This document shows, one piece after another, positions 38,527 to 52,531 of a stretch of DNA of 58,533 bases. The position numbers and the translations under genes are program-made. This stretch comes from Catajapyx aquilonaris. Lineage: Eukaryota. The notes below the pieces were generated by a model that was not told the DNA's origin, did no database searches, and saw only the letters and a list, made by a program, of their open reading frames with translations. The number at the start of each line of letters is the position of its first letter. Position 1 is the stretch's first letter. The stretch covers positions 1-58,533 of the forward strand of contig KZ538618.1 in assembly GCA_000934665.2 (NCBI GenBank), read 5' to 3'.

Positions 38527-41500
38527 TATGTAGACTATACCGATTGTACGTAGTAGCGCAAACTTTTAAGGCTTGGGACAAGACGGGATAATAATAATAC
38601 TGTACGATATGTTGCATGTTCTACGAGTAAAGTGATACTCAATATGCCAATCGTAATGTAAATATTCGGTCTTATTTACATAATTTTCTTGATAGAGCTG
38701 CACTTCCTTTGTGATATTGCTGTTATTATGCATATACTCATATATTGAACAATTCATGCCTACAACCATACTTGTAGAAAGTTATTGTCTTTGCTCGACC
38801 CTTTAATATTTCTGCAATAAAATGTGTGTGTCCGAAACGCTTTCCAGTAAGACTGACATTGACACCTCTCCACGTAGAGTACGGCACAACTGGGTCTTCA
38901 ATCTCCAAATGCATTTATCGTGTTCGTATTCACCTACGTTCCTATACAATCCGTTCAACACAAGTTAATTGCTAACTTCAAAATGCATTTTAAATAAAAT
39001 TAGGTTATTCCAAGTAAAAATTACTGCGACTTAGAATACTAACACTATATTTATATTATAAAGTTTATTTTTGTTTGGTCTTCGCGGTTCACATTCCGAT
39101 ACGGTAGCGCGGTAGGCCATATGGCTACACCATCTAGTAATCGAACGAGCAACATGCTGTAAGAAGTTCCGTTGAAAACGTGGACAAAGTATTCCGACGA
39201 ATAAGGCTCTTTCCACTCAAGCGCTTTCGGCCGGTTATTCCAATACGTAACGATCGAAATAACACATATACAGTACAGTCCTGTAGCGCTTATGTTAATA
39301 ATAACTTAATAAGTTACGTTGAATTTTGAAACATTTCCATGCTTAAAACGTAAATAATGGTGATACAGTATATGAAGAAACATGATTATGACACCTTTTT
39401 ATATGCGCGAAATACCGTTGCTTCATTGTGCCATATGGGTGATAGTATGGTGTCAGTGTGATAGTAAATGATTTTAATAGAAAACATATAGCTTTAATAG
39501 CGGCATTAAAAAGCTACAGCACACTTCATTATGACATAACTTACTACTAGTATCTATACAAGTACAGTAACATGTAGGCAACAGTAGCATTGTGTCCAGT
39601 TCTCTCTGGCACGCTATTTTGACCTCAACTTCTTGTCGATAAGAGCCATGTGGTACGTAGGAGGGTGGGTCGTTGTCTTCCTTGACCTCCTGGTCACGAC
39701 ACAATGCCCACTGGGCGTATTCAAACCTCCCGGTATGCAACCAAGCAACGCGCTACCACAACCATGAAGACGCTATCAATTAGGGTCATGTTTGTCAAAT
39801 TGCATGTCGCGTGTTGTAACCTTCTGTTTCTATAATTTCTCCGGAGCGAAGCATTGTTTTAATATCAAGCATTGTGGCCAACATGGCCGCATTGAACTAT
39901 ATCGATTTGTGCAGAAACTTATTGGATCAATGGCTATTTAGCCTTTCTACCAACCCAAATGGACCTTAATCGGTCATTAAATATGTACGCGTATGGGTGG
40001 GTGTGTGTGTGTGTGTGGTTGCAGGGTCACCGTTTGCAAGATATGTGCCTCTGCGTATTTTCCTACGCACACGAATACTGGGAATGGCGTATTTTCGAAG
40101 TGGAATCAATAAATTGTAGGACTCACATCTTATGTGACCAAGCTTATGCGCACTGCATTGTAGCTTAGTTATTAATGTTTCCTATTTAATTCACGCACGT
40201 TTGTCTGGTACAGTCTGGCGCATAATTTCTATGTTTATCAAGTATTCGCACATTTTAATTTGAGTTAATAACTCAAATGATCAGCCGAATATTGCTGAGT
40301 ATTTTTTTTTTTGTTGCAAATTTTATTTTCACCTGAGGTGATTTCGCTCACTTTTATTGAGTGAGGTCTTGACTTGGCGGAATTTTTTGACTTATGTTTG
40401 AGTAAAATCGGGATGCGAATGTGTGTCAATTTTCTGAATTTTCGATGCCGAGTTATAACTATAGAGTTGTACAGAACCGAGCTGCCTGAAGCGTCGTCAC
40501 AATATTCAACTTCTCCTTTTGTGACTTGTTCTTCCAACCGCAAATATCGCAGTTCCTAACTTCGTCTCAACTCCGTCCTCTTGGATTTACTAGCAAATGG
40601 AACTGTTCTACACTTGGCCACCATCTCGAAAACGCAATTTGGGCCAGGTCACAAGCAGGCCTCATGCTTCTGGGAACTGAAGAGCATTTTTTTTTCCACA
40701 TAGATTTTTTTTCTTCAAAAGTGCAAAATAGTCACGCTGGAGAGCAGACTTCATATTAATACTTAGCACTTGTTATTACGTTTTTTAAATTATGATACTA
40801 TACGTGAACTACTATATGCATGTCTGTCAGTTGCTAAAGGCTCAGAACTTTCAGAAAGTTGTAACGAGGCGCCTTTATGCGAGTGACGGACTGGTTAGTT
40901 AGCGGGCCGACAGGTGGCTGTTGCGTCCTTGTTCATTCTAGTTCCAAGTGTATTGTACTGTAATACAATCATTGTGCATATATAGCTACCATGGTTCCTG
41001 CTCACCATGACGAAAGGTCTGCTTTGGACACTGTTTGCCTTTCGCTCGTAATGGACATTTCATTCCAAGTCATAATGGCAGGGGAGTTGAGTCTAACAGG
41101 AACACTGCTAATATTTTGATGGTATAGGAAACGTGTTTCGCAACAGCCCTTGCTAGACGTTATGTTACCTATGATTTTTAGTCTCTTTTAAAAATATGCT
41201 TTAACGGTATTATTGGTGCAAGTTTTGAGCCATGTAGGTTTTCGTTTATATTTGGCGCATTTAAATCTTCTGTTTATAAAAACTAGGCTGAAATGTATTT
41301 AAATAACTTAATATATGCACACTGACTTAGCAATGAATGACACTGATAACTGGGGCGGCACAACGTTTTCCACCGTGTACTGAACCTCAATCTTGCAGAA
41401 CATTTTTATCCCGATGAATGCAAATCTATTCATAGCACCATACAGTCATAACTAACCCATGTCAGTATTTAATAATAACTGAATTGCTAAAAATATCAAG

Positions 41501-42374
41501 TGGAGCAGCCACTTTTCATCACAACAAAGGAGCGCAACTTCCTTAGAAATGATTTATATGTAATATAATTACTTGGACATTATGACGAGATTAAAGTCCC
41601 CTTTGTGAGTAACCACTTGCCACGGAAATTCAATGGAATTTGAGACCCATAAATAGAATATTTCCGCACTACAAGATTAACTCGTCAGCCTCCGTTTATA
41701 GCCGAGGTTGAACTCGATTCGGTGGAAGATTATGATAGTTGGTGTAGAGGAAAAGGGAGCAGGAAGATGCGCAGGAAATGAAGCCCGAGATTAGAATGGC
41801 TCCATGGAGTGGCACAGCTCTCTTTACTGGACACGGATTATCTATAGCGTCCGCTTTCATGTCAGAGATTTCTCACAGATTAAATGTCACACGACCCAGT
41901 AAGTTTCTTTATTACTGCATGACAACATTCAGATCCAAAACCAAACTGAAGGAAAAATTCGTTGTGTAATTTTCTAATAATAAAAGCGGTCATTACGTAA
42001 TGCAGTGTACATTAAGGGCGTCACTATGATACGAGACATGTGCTCGTAGGTTCGTCATGAAAATGTTTGCTCGATAATATAAAGTGGGTCAAGCATTGGG
42101 CAGCGGATTACTCCGAGCTTTTTGCATGCCTGAAGTGTTCAGTACTTAAATTCCCTGGAACCCTGTGGCTATGCTTACGACGGATACGTCATTATCTCAA
42201 AACGCACATCGGTGAATTGGTGTTTGTTCAGGATACTTGTATGATACTGTATGTCCCCTACTAAGATCAATAATTGTATAGGTCTATGTGACAATATGTA
42301 GGGACATGCACTAAGGGGAGGTAATGTATCTGCAATTTCTAACATTAAATTATTGGATACGTTTTATACCACTT

Positions 42375-42717
42375 TTTTATTTAACTGTACCCCATTATCG
42401 GGCCCTGGGCCCTTGTTAGGGGAGTGGGATACCACCATTTGTTTGGAACCATACACTGGATGTGTTTAATTGTTCCAAGGGTAAGTAGGAGGGGATGTGC
42501 AAAGTGCTAGTGCAATGTCGTATATTGGTCATTTTGTGAACTCCCCCGGGTGGATTAGTCTAGCGGAAATTTCCACCCGAGACGAAGCCAGAGATGGCCC
42601 AACTCTGCACGAGAAGAAGGGGGNNNNNNNNNNNNNGGAACCCCGGGCTGGGATCGAACCCGGGACCTTAACATCCGTGGGCGCGTGCGTTACCGCAGCA
42701 CCACTCCGCCTCCCCCT
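42375..42717 (-). mobile_element. Full-length SINE family B, containing an N gap at 42624-42636
   Basis: Head GGCGGAGTGGTGCTGCGGTAAC...GGTTCGATCCC; exact 15-bp TSD CGTTTTATACCACTT (42360-42374 and 42718-42732). Confidence 0.92.
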
Positions 42718-45061
42718 CGTTTTATACCACTTACTTTGACAGTGACTGAAAGAATCAGTGATTTTCAAGCTCTAATACGGTTGGTGCATGTGTTATGGCC
42801 TAAGACTTTCCATGATATTAATAAATAGTCACTCATTGTATCAGGAGTCACGATTTAAGCGAAAGTAGTGTTTAAAATATTAATGCTATGTTTTGCTGCG
42901 TAGGTTGTAATATTACAATATTATTATTTCGTGCGCAAAATAATTTTGTGTACATAAATATTGCAATATACGTATTTCCCTGAAAGGAATCGAGAACGCC
43001 ACTTCGGCGTATATATGCAAAAGAATATTACACTGTATACAGCACAATTTACTGCCTAACTAAATAACTGCTGAATGAAAACTACTGCTGGTGTATTTAC
43101 AACGAGAGGATAACTACTAGCATAATCGGGGGTACATTTCTGTATAATCACATATAATTTAATACTAGAGTTCTGATAGGCTCGAATAATTTTTCAATGG
43201 AATAGAATTTCGCATAATAACGCATAATCGTAATCAGGTGTACACTTGCAAGTGGTTTACCTCTACATTTACACAGCAGAGTTGACCTATGCTAGCGTAA
43301 AGGTTCATTGAATTATTATGAATTCATAACAGAAGTTACACACCTGTTATCACAGTATATTTGCACTCAAAGAAACACAGTGAATAAATGTTGGTTCATG
43401 GGGAATAGGATTTTGGCCGCCGCACCGAAGTAATCATTACCAAGCAAAGAAGGGATCAGAAAAGTAAGACTCCGCAGGGAAGCACGGTGTTTGGTTTCAG
43501 TTTCTTTCGTCATTTTTTCTTCTTCGAGTCTTTACATTTCGAGGCATACGCAGATAATATTAGAGCGTCCGGAAAGGAATGTATACCCTGGGGCATAAAA
43601 GAGGCTTAGAATATTTATTAAAAAAAAACCATCCACAGCAGCAGGATGGCACGTGCAGTACATATCTTGCCTTATTTTTTAAGAAAATTGAGTATTACCC
43701 AGGCAAGGACTGACATTGTCGTGCGTCCTTCTCCAATAGTTCTGAGAATCCTCCGGAGAAGGGGCGAGATCTTTCAACGAGTGACCTCCACTTGCTTTGC
43801 CTGCCATGCAAAGAACATACCTAAGTTATATGAAGGAATAGATTTGCTGGAGAGAGTGATTGACATATTTGCTCAGAAAATCTGATCTCATGATTTTAAG
43901 AATGTTTAGTAATCGGCTTGATGTTTGTCTGCAGCAGTAGCTAAAGATATGTGTCATTATGTGTAGCTTTTTTGGGAGAATTCTTTGGACTCTTGAAATG
44001 CTCTTCCTTTATATGATTGCACGAATACAAACCTAACGACGATACGACCAGTACGACATTTATACAATAGTCAATGCTCTGGTATGCAGCAAAGAATGCA
44101 GATTACTTAGACATTCTTGATATTTTTAGCTTGAGTGGGCTCGTCTACCGATATGGTTCGTATTGCCTAACAGTATGTTGCTGCCATCTGTTGACTTATC
44201 TGAAGTTTTCCAATAAGAATTTTAATGGTGAGACCTCGTTTTTAAAGCCAGTAGCCTAGATCCCGGTATAATTATAGAATTATTGTATTCACTTGGGGGC
44301 TTTAATGCACTTGTAAATAGTCTCTGCTAATGATATTTAAATACTGTATATACATTATTTTACGGCCGTACTTTACATGGGTTACAATCTTCGAATGTTC
44401 TTGCTTCTCCGTTAATAGCATCATTGACATCTCCCTGCAGGTTATTGCCTCTCATTTTCACGACACTGCATGGAAATGAGAGTCAATAACCTACAGCCTT
44501 ATCATTATAGTATAGTATTTCATTACTCTGAGAACGTAACTTAAAAACGTTTATTACAGAGCAGTGCAGACACGAAGCGACCAAATCTTGCCATGTTGAT
44601 AACAATTTCATCCTACATGAAACCAATGCTTATTTTCATATGCCGCGAAGACTTCATAATATTATCGCATTTGAAATCTCCTCCAACAACCAGCAAAACT
44701 CGAAAACACTCTTACAACACCAGAGCCTGATATTCAGTCGAGAATTTAAAAAACAAGAAATTTTTTGAGCTGTGCTTGGAGCTGTACTTGAGCAGGGAAA
44801 ATTGGCTTGGATCTGTCTGGCATTGTCAGCGCTGCTAATTAGCAAGAAGGCTGGGAAACTTTTTACACGTCAATTAAAAGCACTCGTCAAGGTAATAGGG
44901 GGGTGGTCGACTTCTCTTAAGCTAGGAGTCTGCCGTGAAGTTACACCATAGTGGCGTGTAAAACGAGAGGAAGTTAATCGCAATTGGAGTTCCTATGATA
45001 CCGTCTCCTAACGCAAAGAGTCGCATGCAATCGATCGAGGAAAACGCTTGGATTCATGATG

Positions 45062-45207
45062 TATATAAAAGCCACGCTTTCTCTGGTAGCCTTGCTTAGT
45101 CGATCATAGGTTCACGTTTGGCTCAGGTGTGTGTGTATGCGTGTCTGGTCGCGTAAAAACCGATTTTTTTTGGCATTGGGTGGAGTGGAGTAGTTGTCTG
45201 CTGACAG
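45062..45207 (+). promoter_or_regulatory. Candidate TATA/Inr core promoter and non-coding first exon
   Basis: TATATAAAA at 45062-45070, Inr-like TTAGTC at 45096-45101, donor CAG|GTAAAT at 45208. Confidence 0.45.
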
Positions 45208-48200
45208 GTAAATGTGGTTTTTATTTTGCAAATTGCGGTGAGGCAAGGTTAAAACCATGCTTATATACGGTAAACTGGAGATGTTTTAAATATGAAAAGA
45301 ATTTATCTATGTTTTGTGTATGTTTTTGAAACACACCAAATAAGATGGTGTGTTGGCGTATTTAACTCCTGAAGGACTTATTGGCGCAAATTTTATTCGC
45401 ACTATTTAAGTTTTATTGAATTCTTGCCTTAATGTTGTGTATTATATGAAACGAGTTAAATTTTTAATTACAAAAGGTTGTATTAGTATGGTTTTAATTA
45501 AGCCCCCTTAGAATATTATTCTGTCCAATATTGGAGGCTGAATCATTTCCCATCTTAAGCGGAATTTGTACCGCACACTACTTGTCTGAAGTGCTCTTTC
45601 ATGTCATGCAACGCCCATTACTAACAAGCCCATCCTACTTCGCAAACTTCTAGCCTATAGTGTCATTCAATCCAAATAACTATTCATACAGCATGGTAAG
45701 ATGCCATGCTGTAATATTGTAATGGCTGTTATCTTAAATCGAGTCATCTTAAATAGTCGAGCGAGTAATATTATGAAGTGAGGTCAAAGCGCACCTCTTT
45801 GTTTTGCTCAAGGCTATATTCCATATCCATTGCCAAATTTGTTGCATGCGGGACCTCGCTGGCGGTGCTATTGATGTCTTGATCTATATGCAGTGGCATT
45901 AATAAAACAACTGATGTCTACTTGATATGATTCTGGGAAGTGTTAAGGTTCAGTGCCACAATCAAACAAGTATGTTACTTGAGAGCAAAACAGCGCAAAC
46001 GATGTGGTAAATAAGTATAGATGCCATTATCCGACTCATATAATATTAAAAGTCTTGCATGATTCAAGATGGCGGTAGGCCCATATAGTGCCATGACGTA
46101 TGCCCATATGTATATTAGAAATAAATGTACGATATTTTTGTACCATAGATATTTAGTACGGTTTGTAGAAATATGCTGGTGTCAAAAAGTAAGCTCTTAT
46201 CCGTGTAGGTGTAACTCTCGCATACGGTAGCTCTAGGGTCAAGTTGGGGTTGACTGCCTGGTCGACGCACGCACCACTCAAGCAACTCTTAATTCAAAAC
46301 TTAATTCAGAGGCGTGCGTATTTTTACTGATGCAAAATCTGAGAACCCTGTTATTTGATAACTTTTCAATAAATAGTTTTGTCTCTTGAATATACTCCGC
46401 GCCGTCACTTCAGAATATTGAATGGATTGGAACGGTATTATTGGCCACACAACCTTAAAATGAAGTAGCTGTTGAATTTTTATTAATCGAAGGATCTCTC
46501 ACTCCTTTTGTAATGACTTGACAACAATTTTTATACAACTGAACTGAGTGGTAAGAAAGGGAGGGTTATTAATTGGTTGTTTTCTGCGGCTAATTTTCTT
46601 CCTTTTTAACGACGTTTTAAAATGCAAATACTATTGTGTTTATTTTATTATATGTAAGTACAAAATGACTGCTCAATTTTTTTTTTAAAAAAAAAGTACC
46701 GTATTGTAATTCTTCACTGACAATGCGAGGATTTCATCCTGTGCTGTAGGCAACTATACACACGCGTGCCTTTTTGGAGGCAATAGCATGCCGCAGGCGC
46801 AAGTATGCGAGAAAGTCGATTAATTCGTGGAAGTGAGGCTATACTGCCATAAAGTGTACCTTTTCGGAGGGTCGAGGGATAGGCGGGGAGTGGAGGGGAG
46901 GGAGGAGAGTGGCGTAATACCTGCCTTGCCTGTAAATAAAAATGATGATGTAAAGTCGCATTACTGTAGGGTTATTGATTTAAATCTTCTGGGGATCTTA
47001 TAGGCTTGAGCGGCCGGATATGATGTTGACTTCATGGGGTCAACGTTTCCAATAATAATATCAGTCACTACGTGTGCCCCCGTTGTTTGAAGAAGCTTAT
47101 GTAATCTTAATATAAGCTGGTTCAAATGAACAGTGCAGTAGAATCTAATGAGGTCAGTGGCTAATGTTGTCCGACAATCCAAGTGTATTATAGGTCTCCA
47201 TTTACGGCTGAGGCCCTCCTTTTTTTTGCTTTTGCGAGAGTAATGCAATATTCATTATGCAAACTGATTGCCTGCAGTGGTGTACGTATGTTCTTACTTG
47301 AGCCCAGTTGTATTTTGCTTTCCTTATTTTGGAAGATTCACTGCCTTGCCATGTGTAAGGGTATTTCGAATGGAAGCCTGAACTTTATGTTTGCTTGGGA
47401 TATTGCACAATTAAATCAATCGCTAACATAATTGAAGCTACCGTCTCATCCATCCAGCTTATATTAGGAGGGCTGGATGCAAACGTTGTTTGAGAGCACT
47501 TTAATCTCCATTGAAGGGGAGGCTGCGGTTTCCATACTGTACAATGGACTCCATTCCACAACCTTTCGTTGATACTTTTGAAAAGAGTGCACATTTAACA
47601 TCCGGTATGGAGCAGCATGATAGTGTTTATACAAGTACAATATGTACGGGACAGGATTTGATCCAAAAGCATGGCTTCAGAACCTCTCTCCATCAATCAC
47701 TTAAATAATTATCCAAACTAGGGACAACAGTTTGCTGACGTCTTGTGCACCACAGAGTTGTTTTGTCCAACAGTTAGATTGCCAGAAGTGTTCGTTTCTA
47801 AATGTAGGATGCCCAACTTGATAATGCTGCTAACCCAAACCTAACCTTTCCGACCCCGTTTCCTCATTTAAGCAAAACACTAAACAAGTCCCAAACCCTT
47901 TCCTAATTAATGTGATATAACCAGATGGAGGAAGCTGGCACGAGCAGATTTAATCTGGTCGAATTTTCCAGCGCTGTAGCCAAGTAGAGAGAGGCAATCA
48001 CACCAGCTGCAATCTGTCCATTGAGACGGGCCCTGGAGGGTTCCTCTTTTGTGACAAGCTTCAAAAGGACTGGACAAGTTCGAATCGTCCCCGATTTCGC
48101 GGTGGAGGTCCCTGCCTCTAAATCATGTTGTTGGTTTGGGAAGGAAGGCGAAAGCCCGCTGCGACACATGCAGTAGGGCATGTCTGTTCTACCCAAACTT

Positions 48201-48858
48201 TATTTCAGCCTATAGGCTACTATGTACTTTAATATTGGGCCTGATAAATTCGACTACATTCTATCGCTGGTTGAAATTTTGGTGTGTAGGCCTACTTTCA
48301 TAGAGGTTGAATGTTACCGCATATTTATTTTATGACGTCTGCTTTATTTTGTATTATAATTTTGTAGTCATTACATGCCCAATGGATGAGCTGAGCTAAC
48401 ATGTCGATAATTTATTCCACGATGAATTATTTATATCGTGAACGCAATTTTTTTTTTGCTGCGTGTTGTGGGTGGCGTAATATATCTGTGTTCGTAGTCC
48501 TAATGTGAGTTGCCTAGGATTCATATCCTATCTAAAAAAAGAAATGTATACACTGTTGCCTGTGACACCAATATATTCTGACTGCTCCTTGCATTTACCT
48601 GTAGATTGCGCATATCAAATGTCGTAAATCAGAAGCAATATATTATGAATATAATTTTGTAACAATCTCCTTTCATGTTTCAATTATAATGAAAACATTG
48701 TAATTATGGGCTTAATTTCATGTGGATTGTCAAACTACACAGGAGAGGCATTTACTACATTTATGCAAATCATGCACCAATCCCTACACAGGGTCGTCCT
48801 TTGCCCAAGTTGACCATCCACAGAGAATATGCACTAGGGAGTTGATATAATTTAACTT

Positions 48859-49110
48859 CAGGGGCGGATCCAAGGGGGGGGGGGGTCACGGGGGTCATGA
48901 CCCCCCCCCCCAAACCGTGGAAAGTGAAATATTTTCTAAATTTTAATCTGCAAATTAGGATGATTTTTTGGAAAAAGTGCTACCAATTTCATCAAATACT
49001 GTGCACACCCATTCAAATCTCCTACATTCACCTAAGCTCGCGTGACCTTGAACCCCCCAAAAATTTTAGCCTGTGGCGCTCTTGCTCCTTTGCGACTTAT
49101 GCCCCCGCCC
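48859..49110. mobile_element. hAT-like MITE end; the partner TIR was not found
   Basis: CAGGGGCGGATCCA terminus followed by G-run and C-run subterminal hairpins. The right boundary is approximate. Confidence 0.5.
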
Positions 49111-50299
49111 CGCCTTCAAGGGGGAAGAGGATTGGCAGCAGCTTGCACTAACTGTAAGAATATGTCAAAAATAATGATTTTAGAAACATCATTGTGGATT
49201 TAAAATGGAAGGAACTTTCCTTTATAATCCCTGAATTTATATTGGTATTGACGTTTGAATCTCACTCCTCATTTACGCAGTATTATGTCTGTTCTCATTC
49301 TCTTTGTATCTGCCTGAAATAATTCAAGCCCTTTTTTTGAAAGGATCCTTTGATACTTGTAATCCTCTTAAATAACCCTTCTAAAACATTGATATAATGG
49401 GCTTGGGAGATTGTGTCTCACAACTGGCTTCCTGCGGAGCACACTGAAAGTTCTATGTGCGTTAAATGTCCAATGCGGGGAAATAAAGTCGGTTCAGAGT
49501 GAAAAATATATTTAGAATGGTAAATAATTTTATACCATTTATTGTCACTCTAAAGGATTTTAGTAACACTGCAACAACTTTATTTGGAATTTCTTGCAAC
49601 TAGAGTTTTCTGTGCACAGAGCAGTTCAGTTTATTTGAACTCATAAATATCTCATAAATTTCCTACAGTGCAATGCAGCATGAGTTCTAGTGAAGCTATA
49701 AAATAATAATGAGTCAATGACAAACTATTATTTATTCTAGTAATTAACTGTTTTTTTAAACAACATCCTGACGTGCACATTGTATTCAAGCTGAAAAGGG
49801 CAGATTTAAATGGTGTTCATGCACTGCGACGCACAAATCTCGCAGCATTATGCTTTGAATTGCTATTCGTGAATTGTCAATCTCAAACAGGTCAGCAAAA
49901 TACAATGTTGCACTCTGCTTTTAGGGGCGGAGGTAATGAAAATCCATGGGGAAATGAATTAGCTGAGTTGCTGCCAATTCCGACCCTCCGAGTGTGTATT
50001 TAATGGAAAGTTCTCACTCACAAGACGGCCTCGTATTTTTTTTTCCAACTAATTCCCAGAACCAGAAGCGTATAAGTGATTATAGAAATTAACTTCTTTT
50101 GCACTACTCTTGAATAAAATCTAAACACACTCCAAACAAAATAATGTAGTGATTTCTCACATATCCGCACGTGTTAGACATAATGATTAAGTTTTACATT
50201 CACATAGTTGAGTATATTGTCCATAAAGAAGAACAAGACGATCTAAATGGTTGGTTATTGGACTGATATGGCAAATTACTGGACTGTACATAAGCTGTA

Positions 50300-50445
50300 C
50301 TATGGGGCTCAAATTGTTTTGGCCACTTTATCCTGGTCTTCAAGCAACCCTTCGCACAGGCCCCACGGTGAGGAAGTGTGTGCGTGCGTGTGAAGGGTTG
50401 CTTTAAGACCAGGATAAAGTGGCCAAAACCATTTGAGCCCCATAG
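50300..50445. mobile_element. Palindromic MITE with TA flanks
   Basis: CTATGGGGCTCAAAT.GTTTTGGCCACTTTATCCTGGTCTT.AAGCAACCCTTC is inverted at about 50392-50445. Confidence 0.85.
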
Positions 50446-52252
50446 TACGTCCTGTCGTGAAGTCACCTTTGCTTTCATTCACCTGTGAAACCAAGAAACT
50501 TTGCTACCTGGTTGCAGTGGCTGTGAATAAACGTATATAGACCTACGCTTCTCTTCCTATAAATGATGAGTAATAGATGGCCTTGAGATAAGCATTAATA
50601 TTTCAAAACTTGTTGCATTTATTATGGACACCAGCACACCACACTTGATAGTAACATATTGGATATTGAAGTACACCTCTTCAGCCATATGACAATAATG
50701 CTGTGTAGGCACGTTGAGAGAGATAGAGAGATGAGGAGATAATTATCTTTGTGATCATGTGTCACCTGTTCACACTGCTGACGTCTTTTGATCGATTGAC
50801 AGATATTTCCATAGTAACTAAGACTATTTCCAATTAGCAAAAGTTCTTTAAATAATTATGATTGGCTGTTGCGTGGTATTTGTGTTTGCACTGTGCAAGG
50901 TCGTCGTGTCGCTCACTATTCATCATCGTTGCCACTGACATTATCATGCCTCACTTTGGCAGAATTCTTGTAAACACTAACCTTGGGGATGTTACGTGAC
51001 ATTCGCTACTTAATTTACAGTTGGAACTTGTCTCTAAGCAATTCTGATAATACATCAGCAACGATTAATACATAGTTAAAAATTCTCGTTCTCCCAAGAG
51101 GTTTTGATAATTGCTCTTCCCTATGTCTCAAATCATCCCAACTCGAATTTTGAGCATTTAATACGACCCCTAGTTGTAAATAACGGTTCAGAATATAAAA
51201 AAAAACATGTTCAATTATTTTCCCATTGGAATCTGACCATGTGCCCCAAAGTTTCGTGTACACTGCATGAAGAATGAATCTGATGAGTAGTGAAGTGTCC
51301 TCTCAAAGGAAACTAAACTCCCCTTGAAAAAAAAAGTTCCATAGATTTATCACAGCGGAAATTAGCACGTCCAACCCGGAGTTTGTAGGTAGCACACATA
51401 ATTAATTTGCAGAAGTGTCATACAGTACATCCGAAACGCGGATCGAGTAGCTCCAGTGGCAGGGTTTAGCATGACAACCGCGCAATTACGGATGTTCATA
51501 CTTCATGTGGCGCCATTCATTTTTTACGCTCATTGTTACGCCATGCATCCTGATTTTTGTTCAGACTTATGGAATAACTGTCACGTTGGCTGCGCCCTTT
51601 TTTTTCCTCATAAAAAAGTAAACTCGGTCCCAAGGCAAAATTGTGGCGCACTATGGTGGAAAAAGTTGGAGTCGCCCACCCATGGTGCAGATTGGCGAAA
51701 ATATTCGCGTTTTCCACCGACTAACTGCAAGTTTGTTTTACATGTGAACAAGTCAAGACCGTTGGGATTCATGCGAACTCGACTCTTTTATGGCGGCTGC
51801 TGGGATGTGTTTTTGCACGTGGATAATGCATAATTCATCTCAGTGTAAATATTGGTACTGGATTGCATTTCTTGCGTAAATTGTGTGCACTGAGAAAGCA
51901 TCCGTTATAATATTAGTTTCTAAAAAGTTATTTAGAAATCCAAGTGTACTCAAGTATGCACAGGATTTTTTAAGTGAACACTGAAGGCAGGAAAATGACC
52001 TCAAGGCATGTTGGGCTTACTTGGAGGGGGGGGGGGGGNAATATTTAATGATAATATCAATGATTGGTTCCTCCCTGATGTGCCTGTGTCCTGAGGTCAC
52101 AGATCCATCACTATACATCATTATAGGGGATCGAACTCGTGATTTTAAGGTGAAAGGCTTACCCGTTACATTTTTCTGGAAATATTTCTTCCAAACATAC
52201 CCGGATACAGGGTGTACAGTATATTAACCAACTTATATATATATATATATAT

Positions 52253-52316
52253 ATATGGAACAGCCTTTATTTAAATCATATATATATATATGATTTAAAT
52301 AAAGGCTGTTCCATAT
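52253..52316. repeat. Perfect 64-bp palindrome centred on (TA)n
   Basis: ATATGGAACAGCCTTTATTTAAATC(AT)nGATTTAAATAAAGGCTGTTCCATAT, adjacent to another (TA)n run. Confidence 0.95.
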
Positions 52317-52531
52317 TATGTGCCAGGGTGCTGATCCTTATGATATTTTTCGATTTAGGCATTAAATGAAGTGCCATTTTCCACTCCCTTATTGATCAGT
52401 TAGGAATCTAATAACTCTTTATTATCTCTCGAGAAAGGATAAAATGCGAACGTCCTGTCAGTACAGATTCCTGGCTATACATAATTATATAACTGTACAG
52501 TAGTTTTCCTGCGGGTGTGTAGGAGTCCTCA

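Noticed and set aside
39690..39775. Degenerate tRNA-like heads here and near 20245-20300 and 52125
   Set aside because: No cloverleaf; too decayed to delimit and probably old SINE fragments.
43646..43885. 79-aa ORF with LERVID, faintly Harbinger-like
   Set aside because: No other DDE motifs or TIRs.
47903..48196. GC-richer 97-aa ORF
   Set aside because: No recognisable domain or convincing splice signals.
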